NCBI GenBank assembly: GCA_030390025.1
Contig: JASTWF010000346.1
Coordinates: 62,001 to 126,000 of the forward strand
Direction of reading: 5' to 3'
Source of the DNA: Squalus acanthias
Lineage: Eukaryota
Length of the DNA: 64,000 nt
Shown: piece after piece, positions 11,801 through 24,604 of the stretch
Position numbering within the stretch: the first letter of the stretch is position 1
Layout of the letters: each line of letters begins with the position of its first letter
The notes under the pieces: generated by a model
What the model was told of the DNA's origin: nothing
Database searches by the model: none
The model's input: only the letters and a program-made list of their open reading frames with translations
Translations under genes and position numbers: made by a program

Positions 11801-14800
11801 CTTGGAGGCGGTGCAACGAAGGTTCACTAGATTGATTCCTGGGATGAGAGGGCTGTCCTATGATGAGAGATTGTGTAGAATGGGCCGATACTCTCTGGAG
11901 TTTAGAAGAATGAGAGGTGATCTCATTGAAACATACAAGATTCTGAAGGGGATTGACAGGGTAGATGCTAAGAGGTTGTTTCCCCTGGCTGGAGTGTCTA
12001 GAACTAGGGGACATAGTCTCAGGATAAGGGGTAGGCCATTTAAGACTGAGATGAGGAGGAATTTCTTCACTCAGAGGGTTGTGAATCTTTGAATTCTCTG
12101 CCCCAGAGCATTGAATGCTGAGTCTTTGAGTATATTCAAGGCTGAGATAGATAGTATTTTGGACTCTAGGGGAATTAAGGGATATGGAGATCGGGCAGGA
12201 AGGTGGAGTTGAGGTCGATGATCAGCCATGATCTTATTGAGTGGTGGAGCAGGCTCGAGGGGCCGTATGGCCTCCTCCTCTTATTTCTTATGTACTTATG
12301 AAGCCCATCATCCTGTATGCTTTTTTAACCGCTTTCTCAACCTGCCCTGCCACCTTCAATGATTTCTGCACATATACCCACAGGTCCCTCTGTTCATGCA
12401 CCCCTTTTAGAATTGTACCCTTTAGTTTGTACTGCCTGTCCTTGTTCTTCCTACCAAAATTTATCACTTTCACTTTTCTGTGTTAAATTTCATCTGCCAC
12501 ATGACCGCCCATTCCACCAGCCTGTCTATGTCTTCTTGAAGTCTATCACTATCCTCACTGTTCACTATACTTCCAAGTTTTATGTCATCTGCAAATTTTG
12601 AAATTGTGCCCTGTACACCGAAGTCTAAGTCATTAATATATATCAAGAAAAGCAGTGGTCCTAGAACCGACCCCTGGGGAACGCCACTGTATACCTAACT
12701 CCAGTCCAAAAAACAACCGTTCACCACGAGTCTCTGTTTCCTGTACTTTGACAATTTCATATCCATGCTGCCACTGTTCCTTTTATTCCATGGGCTTCAA
12801 CTTTTCTGGCAAGCCTATTATGTGGTACTTTATCAAACGCCTTTTGGAAGTTCATGTACACCACATCAACCGCATTGCCATCATCAACCCTCTCTGTTAC
12901 CTCATCAAAAAACTCAATCAAGTTAGTTAAACATGATTTGCCTTTAACAAATCCATGCTGGCTTTCCTTAATTAATCCATACTTGTCCAAGTGACTGTTA
13001 ATTTTGTCCCGGATTATCGTTTCCAAAAGTTTCCCACTCCCAAGGTTAAATTGACTGGCCTGCAGTTGCTGGGTTTATCCTTACACCCTTTATTGAACAA
13101 GGGTGTAACATTTGCAATTCTCCAGTCCTCTGGCACCAACCCCGTATCCAAGGAGGATTGGAAGGTTATGGCCAGTACCTCCGCAATTTCCACCTTTACT
13201 TCCCACAGCATCCTAGGATGCATCCCATCTGGTCCTGGTGACTTATCTACTTTAAGTACAGCCAGCCTTTCTAGTACCTCCTCCTTATCAATTTTTATCC
13301 CTTCCAGTATCTCAACTATCTCCTCTTTCACTATGACTTTGGCAGCATCTTCTTCCTTGGTAAGGACAGATGCAAAGTACTCATTTAGTACCTCAGCCAT
13401 GTCCTCTGCCTCCATGCATAGGTCTCCATTTTGGTCCCTAATCAGTTCCACCCATTTACTATTTATATGCCTATAGAAGACTTTTGGATTCCCTTTTATG
13501 TTATCTATTCTCATACTCTCTTTGCCCCTCTTATTTCCTTTTTCACTTCCCCTCTGAACTTTCTATATTCAGCCTGGTTCTCACTTGTATTCTCAACCTG
13601 ACGTCTGTCATACGCCCCCTTTTTCTGCTTCCTCTTACTCGCTATCTCTTTTGTCATCCAGGGAGCTCTGGCTTTGGTTGCCCTACCTTTCCCCCTCGTG
13701 GAAATGTACCTCGACTGTACCCGAACCATCTTCTCTTTAAAGGCAGCCCATTGTTCGATTACAGTTTTGTCTGCCAATCTTTGATTCCAATTTACCCGGG
13801 CCAGATCCATTCCCAAACCACTGAAATTGGCCTTCCTCCAATTAAGTATTTTTACTCTAGATTGCTCCCTGTCCTTTTCCAAAGCTAGTCTAAACCTTAT
13901 GATACTGTGATCAATGTTCCCTAAATGTTCCCCTCCTGACACTTGCTCTACTTGACCTACCTCATTCCCCAGAACCAGATCCAGTTGAGCTGGAAACGTA
14001 TGATCAAGAAAGTTGTCCTGAACACACTTCAGAAATTCTTCACCCTCTCTGCCCTTTACACTATTACCATCCCAGTCTACATTAGGATAGTTGAACTCCC
14101 CCAATATCACTACTCTATAGTTCTTGCACCTCTCTGTAATTTCCCTGCAAATTTGCTACTCTATATCCTTCCTACTAGTTGGCAGCCTATAGTATACACC
14201 TAGTAGTGTAATGGCACCTCCATTGTTTCTCAACTCTAACTAAATAGATTCTGTCCTTGACTCCTCCAGGACATCCTCTCTCTCTAGCACAGTAATATTC
14301 TCCTTAATCAATGCTGCTACACCACCTCCTTTCTTTCCTTCCCTATCTTTCCTGAACACCTTATATCCAGGAATATTTAGTACCCAACCCTGCCCTTTTT
14401 TGAGCCAGGTCTCCGTTATCGCCACGACATCATATTCCCATGTGTCTATTTGCGCCTGCAGCTCACCGACCTTATTTACCACACTTTGTGCATTCATACA
14501 CATGCACTGTAAACCTATCTTAGACCTTCTTGTATTCTCTCTTAGGCTGACCCCATCTAATACCATACTATTTCTTACTTTAGTGCAATCTGTCTCTCCC
14601 AATCCTTTGTGCACCTTGTTTCTCCCTTCTAATGCCACATCCCGGTGCCCATCCCCCTGCCAAACTAGTTTAAACCCTCCCCAACTGCACTAGCAAACCT
14701 CCTCATGAGGACATTGGTCCCAGCTCTGTTGAGGTGCATAGACTCCCTCAGAACCAGTCCCAATGTCCCAGGAATCTAAAGCCCTCCCTCCTGCACCATC

Positions 14801-15165
14801 TCTCCAGCCCATGTATTCATTTGCTCTATCCTCCTATTTCTGTACTCACTAGCTCGTGGCACTGGGAGTAATCTGGAGATTACTACCTTTGAGGTCCTGC
14901 TTTTTAATCTCTTTCCCAGCTCCCTAAAATCTGCCTGCTGGACCTCATTCTTCTTTCTATCTATGTCGTTGATACCGATATGGACCACGACCACTGGCTG
15001 TTCACCCTCCCCCCTCAGAACGTTCTGCAGCCACTCAGTGACATCCTTGACCCTGGCACCAGGGAGGCAACATACCATTCTGGAATCACGTCTGCGGCTG
15101 CAGAAATGCCTGTCTGTTCCCCAGCTATCAAATCTCCTATCACTATTGCTTTCCTGATCTTCAAG
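8898..15165 (-). mobile_element. Near full-length decayed CR1 LINE (ORF1 esterase plus EN/RT ORF2), interrupted by a + strand CR1
   Basis: Tail at 8898; RT/EN fragments 12296-14640; ORF1 MVCCLPGARVKDV...HIGINDI at 14776-15078. Confidence 0.9.
9510..12295 (+). mobile_element. CR1 LINE ORF2 (EN-RT), 5'-truncated, with stops and frameshifts
   Basis: YRPP, GDFN, KSPGPDG, GVPQG and KFADD motifs; 3' tail at ~12290. Confidence 0.95.
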
Positions 15166-15172
15166 ATACCTT

Positions 15173-16082
15173 GGGGGAAAAATTCAGTTGCTTTGCGCCT
15201 CCCATTAGCGCCCTAAGAGGGTGCTAATGGGGCGCAAAGCAACTAGCGCCCGGGCGCGACGATGTTTCAACCGCTCGCGAAATTGACCAGAGTTTTTGCG
15301 GCGGTGCTAAACACTACCGCTACGATCTCCTGCGCTGGCAGATCGTGACGTCAGTCGAGTGTGCAATGCCCCAGTAGCGTCCCGGACCGGATATTGAGTC
15401 GTGCCCCCTTCCTTTCCACCTGCCGCTAGCATCGACAGGTTGAGGGGAACGCTTTGCAGTCGGTAAGGGGCTGGGGGAGCGCTGTTTACAGGCGGCCTCT
15501 TCCTGCCTTTTCTGTGGGAGACATTTTCGCACCATGCATTCTGAGAGAGGGAGAGAGATTCTGAGAGAGTGAGAGAGACTTCTGGAGAGAATCAACGCAG
15601 TGTGAAGGAGTTTTGGCTACTGAGCAGCACTTTGCATGTTCTTTTTAATTTGACCTTCCTTGCATCGATTTCGAAGAGACTGTGGAGGCTGCACTCTGAG
15701 CTCTTTCCCTGGGGCTCTCCATTGTTCTTTCCAGCAGAATTGATGTACAGGTCTCTCCAGGCTGAGATTCAAGGCTGCAATGAGCAGGGTATGGCTGGAG
15801 AGCAAGATCGACCCTCCCCTTTAAGAACTGGCCGGCGCCAGTGTGTCTGTGTTCCATTGCTAACTGACATCACCTGAGCTTCGCCTGCGATCTGAGCTAG
15901 CACCTCGCTCCTCGGCGCTAGCGCCTTAAGTGAGGTGTGCAGCGCCTGATTTAGCGCTCCAATCACCTCCAGGGGCGATAGAAGCCAAGTTTGCAGTCGG
16001 AGGCGATAATTTGCGCCAGGCGCTAAACTTTGCACCCGGCCGATAATTGCGCCCAAACGGGGCGATACCGAATTTCTAGCCC
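15173..16082. mobile_element. PIF/Harbinger-type MITE (same subfamily as 36503-37395)
   Basis: TIRs GGGGGAAAAATTC / GAATTTCTAGCCC; internal similarity to 36503-37395; TSD not preserved. Confidence 0.8.
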
Positions 16083-16535
16083 CGAGGGTTCTGTGGCTCC
16101 ACTCCTCCTTTTCAGTCAGAGGTCTCAACCGCCTTCCTCCTCGCCACCGAATTCCTGCGCTTACAAAATTGCTCCACCCTGCTTGCGATTCACTCTGTTT
16201 GCGATCTCCCAGCTCTGTTTCCAAGCTCTATGCTCAAGCTCTCATGTGGAGTAACAATCAGAAATTGTGCTTTAGGCACTAGAGGTAAAGGGAAAATGAA
16301 AAAAATGTAAAGTAATTAAACAGGAGAGAGAAATAAGAAACATGTGAGTGAAACATTAGAGCCGAAGGACAGCTTAGGGCGTGTGGCCGAAATAAACGTT
16401 CTTTATACAAATGCAAGGAGTATAAGGAATAAATTGAATGAGCTGCAGGTGCAAATTCAACTTAGAGGGTATGGCATGCCAGCCATTACTGAGACATGGC
16501 TGCAAGACGGTCAGGACTGGGAACTAAATATACCA

Positions 16536-19500
16536 GGTTCAAATCCCACCACGGCAGCTGGGGAATTTAAATGCAGTTCATTAAATAAAACGGAATAAAA
16601 AGCTAGCATCAGTAATGGTAACCATGAAACTATCGGATTGTCGTAAGAACCCATCTGGTTCACTAATGTCCTTTAGGGAAGGAAATTGCTGTCCTTACCT
16701 GGTTTGGCCTATATGTGACTCCAGACCCACAGCAATGTGGTTGACTCTTAACTGCCCTGTGAAATGGCCTAACAAGCCACTCAGTTGTAACAAACCGCTA
16801 CGAAACACAATAATAAGAATGAAACCGGACGGACCACCTGGCATCGACTTTGGCATCGGCTATGGACACGGCAACAGCACACCCAGCCCAGTCGACCCTG
16901 CAAAGTCCTCCTCACCAACATCTGGATACTTGTGCCAAAATTGGGAGAGCTGTCGCACAGACTAGTCAAGCAACAGCCTGACAGTCATACTCACAGAATC
17001 ATACCTTTCAGACAATATCCCAAACTTCTCCATCACCATCCCTGGGTATGTCCAGTCCCACCGGCAGGACAGAACCACCAGGGGTGGCGGCACAGTTGTA
17101 TACAGTCGAGAAGGAGTGGCCCTGAGAGTCCTCAACATTGACTCTGGACCCCATGAAGTCTCATGGCTTCAGGTCAAGAATGGGCAAGGAAACCACCCTC
17201 CCTCAGCTGATGAATCAGTACTCCTCCAGTTTGAACACCACTCGGAAGAAGCACTGAGAGTAGCAAGGGCACAGAATGTGCTCTGGGTGGGGGACTTCAA
17301 TGTCCATCACCAAGAGTGGCTCGGTAGCACCACTACTGACCGAGCTGGCCGAGTCCTGAAGGACATAACTGCCAGTCTGGGCCTGCGACAGGTGGTGAGA
17401 GAACCAACACGAAGAAAAAACCTACTTGACCTCATCCTCACCAATTTACCTGTCGCAGATGCATCTGTCCATGACAGTATTGGTAGCAGTGACCACCGCA
17501 CAGTCATTGTGGAGACGAAGTCCCGTCTTCACACTGAGGACACCCTCCATCGTGTTGTGTGGCACGACCACCGTGCTAAATGGGATAGATTCAGCACAGA
17601 TCTAGCAGCTCAAAACTGGGCATCCATGAGGCGCTGTGGGCCATCAGCAGCAGCAGAATTGTATTCCACCACAATCTGTAACCTCATGGCCCGGCATATC
17701 CCTCACTCTACCATTACCATCAAACCAGGGGACCAACCCTGGTTCAATGAGGAGTGTAGAAGAGCATGCCAGGAGCAGCACCAGGCGTACCTAAAAATGA
17801 GGTGCCAACCTGGGGAAGCTGCAACACAGGGCTACATGCATGCTAAAAAGCGGAAGCAGTATGCTATAGACAGGGCTAAGTGATCCCACAATCAATGGAT
17901 CAGATCAAAGCTCTGCAGTCCTGCCACATCCAGTCGTGAATGGTGGTGGACAATTAAACAACTAACGGGAGGAGGGGGCTCCATGAATATCCCCATCCTC
18001 AATGATGGTGGAGCCCAGCACATGAGTGCAAAAGAGAAGGCTGAAGCGTTTGCAACCATCTTCAGCCAGAAGTGCCGAGTGGATGATCCATATCGGCCTA
18101 CTCCTGAGGTCCCCACCATCACAGAAGCCAGTCTTCAGCCAATTCGATTCACTCCACATGATATCAATATCAAGCAACAGCTGAGTGCACTGGATACAGC
18201 AAAGGCTATGGGCCCCGACAACATCCCGGCTATCGTGCTGAAGACTTGTGCTCCAGAACTAGCAACGTCTCTAGCCAAGCTGTTCCAGTACAGCTACAAC
18301 ACTGGCATCTATCCGACAATGTGGAAAACTGCCCAGGTATGTTCTGTCCACAAAAAGCAGGACAAATCCAATCCGGCCAATTACTGCCCCATCAGTCTAC
18401 TCTCAATCATCAGCAAAGTGAAGGAAGGTGTCATCAACAGTGCTATCAAGCGGCACTTACTCACCAATAACATGCTCACTGATGCCAAGTTTGGGTTCCG
18501 CCAAGACCACTTGGCTCCCGACCTCATTACAGCCTTGGTCCAAACATGGACAAAGGAGTTGAATTCCAGAGGGGAGGTGAGAGTGACTGCCCTTGACATC
18601 AAGGCAGCATTTGACCGAGTGTGGTATCAAGGAGCCCTAGTAAAAAATGGGGATGTTCGCTGATGACTGCACAGCGTTCAGCGCCATTCACAACTCCTCA
18701 GATAATGAAGCAGTCCATGCCCGCATGCAACAAGACCTGGACGACGTTCAGGCTTGGGCTGATAAGTGGTAGGTAACATTCGCGCCACAGAAGTGCCAGG
18801 CAATGACTATCTCCAACAAGCGAGAGTCTAACCACCGCCCCTTGACATTCAATGGCATTGCCATCGCCGAATCCCCCACCATCAACATCCTGGGGTCACC
18901 ATTGACCAGAAACTTAACTGGACCAGCCGTATAAATACTGTGGCATCAAGAGCAGGTCAGAGGCTAGGTATTCTGCGACGAGTGTCTCATCTCCTGGCTC
19001 CCCAAAGCCTTTCCACGATCTACAAGGCACAAGTAAGGAGTGTGATGGAATACTCTCCACTTGCTTGGATGACTGCAGCTCCAACAACACTCAAGAAGCT
19101 CGACACCATCCAGGACAAAGCAGCCCAATTGATTGGCACACCCATCCACCACCTTAAACATTCACTCCCTCCACCACCGGCGCACCGTGGCTACAGTATG
19201 TACCATCTACAAGACGCACTGCAGTAACTCACCAAGGCTTCTTCGGCAGCACCTCCCAAACATATAAGAACATAAGAAGTAGGAGCAGGAGTAGGCCATA
19301 CAACCCATCGGGCCTGCTCCGCCATTCAATAGGATCATGGCTGATCCGAACCTAGACTCACATCCAATTCCCTGCCCGCTCCCCATAACCCTTAATTCCC
19401 TTATCAGCTAGGAAACTGTCTATCTCCGTTTTACATTTATTTAATGTCGCAAACCTGCGACCGCTTCCACCGAGAAGGACAAGGGAAGCCGGCGAATGGG

Positions 19501-19735
19501 AACACCACCACCTCCAAGTTCCCCTCCAAGTCACACACCATCCTGACTTGGAAATATATCACAGATCCTTCATCGTCGCTGGGTCGCAATCTTGGAACTC
19601 CCTACTTAACCACACGATCTGCAGCGGTTCAAGAAGGCGGCTCACCACCACCTTGTCAAGGGCAATTAGGGATGGGCAATAAATGCTGGCCTTGCCAGCG
19701 ACGCCCACATCCCATAAACGAATAATTAAAAAAAA
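16536..19735 (+). mobile_element. CR1/L2-group LINE with a B-box/SINE-like 5' end and a single decayed EN-RT ORF
   Basis: GGTTCAAATCCC at 16536; EN begins ~16900 (KVLLTNIW...); GDFNVHH, SDHRTV, MGPDNIP and ALDIKAAFDRVW motifs; A-rich tail. Confidence 0.85.
19262..19447 (-). mobile_element. CR1 3' end fragment
   Basis: TAAGAACATAAGAA tail and stem-loop. Confidence 0.85.
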
Positions 19736-19774
19736 TAACATAAGCGAGTTCAACATAGTGTTTGAAAGGGAGAA

Positions 19775-20022
19775 ACGGGTTAGATGCAGAGTAAAGCTCC
19801 CTCTACACTGTCCCATCAAACACTCCCAGGGCAGGTACAGCACAGTTTAGACACAGAGTAAAGCTGCCTCTACACTGTCCCATCAACCACTCCCAGGGCA
19901 GGTACAGCACAGGTTAGATACAGAGTAAAGCTCCCTCCACACTGTCCCATCAAACACTCCCAGGGCAGGTATAGCATGGGTTAGATAGAGTAAAATTCCC
20001 TCTGCACTGTCCCATCAAACAC
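19775..20022. repeat. 67-bp tandem repeat, ~3.7 copies
   Basis: Unit starts at 19775, 19842, 19909 and 19976 (ACGGGTTAGATACAGAGTAAAGCTCCCTCTACACTGTCCCATCAAACACTCCCAGGGCAGGTACAGC-like). Confidence 0.95.
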
Positions 20023-20230
20023 ATTTTGGTTGGTAAGGCTGACTTCAATGCGATGAGACAGAGACTGTCCACATTAAACTGGGCAAATCTGTAAATGAGT
20101 AAAATGACAGAAGAGGTGTTCAAAGAAGAATTTAAGGTGATGCAGAGCCAGTTTATACCCCTCAGGGGCAAGAGCTCTACTTGCGAAGAAAAAAACAGCC
20201 ATGGACGACTAAAGAGGGAAGAGACAACAT

Positions 20231-20936
20231 GGGCTAAAAATTCGGTTGCTTGCGCCTCCCGTTAGCGCCTTAAGAGGGCGCTAATGGGGCGCAAAGCAGC
20301 TAGCGCCCGGGCGCAGCACCGCCCACGCCTCCCGCAAAATTCAGCGGGAGGTTAGCGGCGGCGCCAGCCGGTAGCGCCACACGCCGCTGCGCCGCCGGCG
20401 CCAGCCGCGATCTTTGGACGCGCCCCCTGATTTACCGCCAGACGCTATGTCCGACGGGTTCAGGGGGGCGTACGTGCGGCCGGGGCGGCGATATTTAAAG
20501 GGGAGGTGGCAGGCGGCCATTTTTGTTGCTGGCCGCCTGCCAGCACCTGCCCCTGTTGCCGTCTCCGGCCTCCTGAGCAGCCCCCCCGTGGAGTGCCGGC
20601 TGCGCTCCAAGAGCCCGGCACTTCTCTTGAGTGCCGGGCTCTTTTGCCGGCACTCCCGATCCCTGGGGGCCCAGCTGGGCCCCGGTTCGCGCTGCGCAGG
20701 GCCCCTCCCCTTTAAGAAGGGGAGGAAGGCCTGCAATACCGCGGCGCGACGTGCCGCAGCGCCTTCCCTCGCAGCGCCCCAAGAGGGATGCGGGGTGGTT
20801 CCAGTAGCGCCCCGCTTCCCTCTTGGGGCGCAACCACTCAAGTTCCAGCATGGGGGCGCTAATTTTTTCGGGGCGCTAAACGTAGCGCCCAGGCGAGGTT
20901 AGCGCCCCAAATGGGGCAAAACTGAATTTTTAGCCC
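20231..20936. mobile_element. PIF/Harbinger-type MITE
   Basis: Perfect 13-bp TIR GGGCTAAAAATTC; TSD CAT; highly similar to 60170-60901. Confidence 0.9.
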
Positions 20937-21606
20937 CATAAAACTAAAAGAAAAAGCATACAAAAATGCAGAAAATAGCACAGATCCTGGCAAATGGGAA
21001 AGATACAAAGAACAGCAAAGGGTGACAAAACAGATAGTAAGAGCTACAAAAAGGGAGTATGAAAAGAAACTTGCAAGGGATATCAAAATCAACACAATAT
21101 TTTTTTATAATTATATTAGGAAAAAAGGGTCGTCAGGAGCAATGTTGGCCCCTTGAAAACTAATATTGCTGATATTGTCAATGATAATAAGGAAACGGCG
21201 GACATGTTGAATAATTACTTTGTGTCAGTATTTACAGTAGAGGAAGAGGATAGCATGCCGGAAATCCCAAGGAAACTAATTTGAATCAGGGACAGGGACA
21301 CAATAAAATGAACTTAAGCAAAATAACAGTAATGAAGAAAATAATGGCATTGAAGAGTGACAAATCCCCAGGACCAGAAGATTTCTAACCCATGGTTTTA
21401 AAGGAAGTAGGTGAGCACATTGCAGATGCCCTAACTATAATCTTCCAAAGTTCTCTCGATTCAGGAACAGTTCCTTTAGATTGGAAAATTGTGCATGTCA
21501 CTCCGCTATTTAAGAATGGTGAGAGAGGGAAACTAGGGAATTATAGACCAGTTAGCTTAACATCTGTTGTCGGAAAATTACTAGAGTATATAATTAAGGA
21601 TAGGGT

Positions 21607-22760
21607 TGAAGAGATCGCAAAGTCTCTGTTTAAAGAATGGACTCAGTCGAGAATATTTTGTGGACTTTATGGGATTTTTCTGAGGGTATTTGCCCTGTGA
21701 TGGGATCACCCTGTGCAGATATGTGAAAAACTGGTTTGTTAAAACTCCAGAGAACGCATGGCAGTTGGCTGTGACAAAAAAACTGTCAGTCATCCCGAAT
21801 GAATGGATTCGCCCGACAGTCCTGGAAAAAGGAAGGGGGGCCATTGACAAAGGGGCTGAGGACCCTGAGGCACCCGTTGAACTTGAACCTGTTAGAAAGC
21901 CACTCTAATATGCAAAAGCACTTCTCACCTCCATCTCAGAAGAGAAGCAGAACAATGAACCCACTGGCCTAGCCAGCCAGAGAGGAGCCAGTTTTTCTCA
22001 ACACAAAGACCAAAATATGTCCCAGACTTAGGGCCATTAGTCCAATCATGGAGTACACATGGGTCTGATGATGGCCCATCACTGATTAAGCACCGGAGTG
22101 CTTAGAAACAAAAGGATTTTAAAGATTGGCGGGAAAGATAGGGGTAGCGAGACTCCTATGAAGATAGATCCTTTCCCACCATTCTCTCTCTCTCTCGATC
22201 TCGCTCCAACAAGATCAACCTAACAAGAAGAGCTGCTGAGCGGAGCGATCGAAACCGACTGTGTGTGGGGGTAAGCATGGTCTCGAGTGTCCCAAGCCAG
22301 TAACCCAATATCCCAGGTGAGCTGGGTGAGGTGTAAGGGCTCAGAGTTTTCTCAAAAGTGAAGTTTTTGGGCTATTCCGAGGGTGGGAGCTTCGTTTGGT
22401 TCAGCCAGGCGAAAGGGCTTATGCGACTGGGTAATTCGTTGGTAGGGGTGGCATTAGAGTCCACCATAGCAACAAGGGAATTACTGCTTGTTATAGTCCC
22501 CAGTTTTGTACTGTATATATGTTGTTTGTAACCTGGATTTTATTCTCCACAGAGACAGTGATTTCGTTTAGTAGTGCATGTTTTAGCCAGTGTATGTTAG
22601 ATCAAATAAATATAAGTTTGATTTTTCACTGAAGCATTCCTGTCCGTGACTTATTTCATTTATACTCTGAATCATAATCCCCGGGTATAGAACTTTCGTA
22701 AGGCGGGGGTGATTCGAACCGTCCATCTAGCAATTGGGCTAGGATCAAAAACCGCTTACA
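21607..22760 (+). mobile_element. Solo LTR (1154 bp)
   Basis: TGAAG...CTTACA ends, 4-bp TSD GGGT, AATAAA 22605-22610; cleanly interrupts the CR1 RT. Confidence 0.9.
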
Positions 22761-24053
22761 GGGTGACTGAACACCGTGAAAATTTTCAACGCATCAGAGA
22801 GAGCCAGCATGGATTTGCAAAAGGTAGGTCATGCCTGACAAACCTGAATGAATTTTTTGAAGAGGTGTCTAAAGTAGTGGACAGGGGAATGTCTATGGAT
22901 GTTGATTTGATAAAGTCCCTCATAAGAGACTGTAACAAAGGTTGAAGCCCATGGAATTAAAGGCAAATTATTGACCTGGTTAGGAAATTGGCTGAGCGGC
23001 AGGAGACAGAAAGTAGGGATAATGGGTAGGCACTCAAATTGGCAGGATGTGACCAGTGGTGTTCCAAAGGGATCTGTGTTGTAGCCTCAACTATTCACAA
23101 TATTTATTAATGACTTAGATGAGGGCATAGAAAGTCATATATCCAAATTTGCCAATGACACAATTGACACAGCTTTGTAGGCAGTGTAGATGAAAGCATA
23201 AAATTACAAAGGGATATTGATAGATTAAGTGAATGGGCAAAACTGTGGCAAATGGATTTCAATGTAAGCAAAGTGAGGTCATCCACTTTGGACCTAAGAA
23301 GGACAGAACAGGGTACTTCCTAAATGGTGAAAAGCTAAAAAATGCAGAGGTCCAAAGAGACTTAGGGGTCCAGGTGCATAGATCATTAAAATGTCATGAA
23401 CAGGTAAAGAAAATAATCAAAAAGGCTAATGGAATGCTGGCCTTTGTATCTAGAGGACTAGAGTACCAGGGGGTAGAAATTATTCTACAGTTATACAAAA
23501 CCCTGGTTAGACCACACCTGGAGTACTGTGAGCAGTTCTGGGCACCACACCTTAGGAAGGATATATTGGCCTTGGAGGGAGTGCAGCGTAGGTTTACCAG
23601 AATGATACCCGGACTGCAAGGGTTAAATTACGAGGAGCGATTACACAAACTAGGGTTGTATTCCCTGTAATTTAGAAGGTTAAGGGGTGATTTGATCGAA
23701 GTTTTCAGGATATTAAGGGGAAAGGATTGGGTAGATACAAAGAACTACTGGTTGGGGAATCTAGCACTGGGGGCATAGTCTAAAATTTAGAGCCAGACCT
23801 ATCAGGAGTGAAATTCGGAAACACTTCTGCACACAAAGGTTGGTAGAAGTTTGGAACTCTCTTCCACAAACGGCAACTGATGCTAAATCAATTGTTAATT
23901 TTAAAACTGAGATTGACAGCTTTTTGTTATCCAAAGGTATTAAGGGATATGGGGCAAAGGTGGGTATATGGAGTTAGGTCGCAGATCAGCCATGATCTCA
24001 TTGAATGGCGGAACAGGCTTGAGGGGCTCAATGCCCTACTCATGTTCCTATGT

Positions 24054-24560
24054 TTTACGGTCCGTGTTCATGTCTAAATGGAATGTGGGAGGTTGCATTA
24101 TTTAAAGGGGCTGCTCCTCAACTTCTGGCTCCACTTCAGTCCCATGCTCCTAATCTTTGGCCACCTGCTGTGGAGCGGAAGTGGTGGGGAGAGGTGGTGG
24201 GAAGTCGGAGGACCTCCTCGTGGATCTGCTCCAAGATGGCCATCCAGAGGTCCAGGTTGAACGTGGACTATTGGTGGGGGGGGTCGCCCTGGTTGCCTGC
24301 CTCTTTTCAGCGGTCATGTCCGCGCCCAGGTGACCCTGGAGAAGGAGCAAACAGTGACTACCGGTACGCGTGAGGCCTTGAGCGACCGGTGGGCACCGCA
24401 GGGAGACTGGAGTGCGTAGTCGACACTGTAAATAATATTATGATTTAATTTATTAATTTCCTTTCTTTTGTATGAATTGGGTTTTATAAGGGGGCACTTT
24501 TGTTAGGTTTTTTGGGTTGATGACACTGGGGCAACCCAATGTCGCTTTAAGGGTATAATT
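24054..24560 (+). mobile_element. Tx1 3' fragment
   Basis: HYLKGLLLNFWLHFSP matches the Tx1 C-terminal region at ~48650. Confidence 0.8.
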
Positions 24561-24604
24561 AAATAGGCACATGAGACCAACCAAGCACCACTTTTTTTCT
24601 TTCT

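Larger units (their letters stand above)
16380..24053 (+). mobile_element. Decayed CR1 ORF2 hosting a LINE, a satellite, a MITE and a solo LTR
   Basis: LYTNARSIRNK start at ~16400; resumes at ~19737, ~20030, 20937 and 22761; tail ATGTTCCTATGTT at ~24050. Confidence 0.85.

Noticed and set aside
19775..20022. CRISPR-like regular repeats (also 40074-40275)
   Set aside because: No unique spacers, no cas genes, vertebrate context; these are plain tandem repeats.
20341..20902. Overlapping GC-rich ORFs in MITEs (also 4823-5604, 15320-16224, 60201-60867)
   Set aside because: Stop-poor GC-rich sequence within TIR elements; no recognisable domains.
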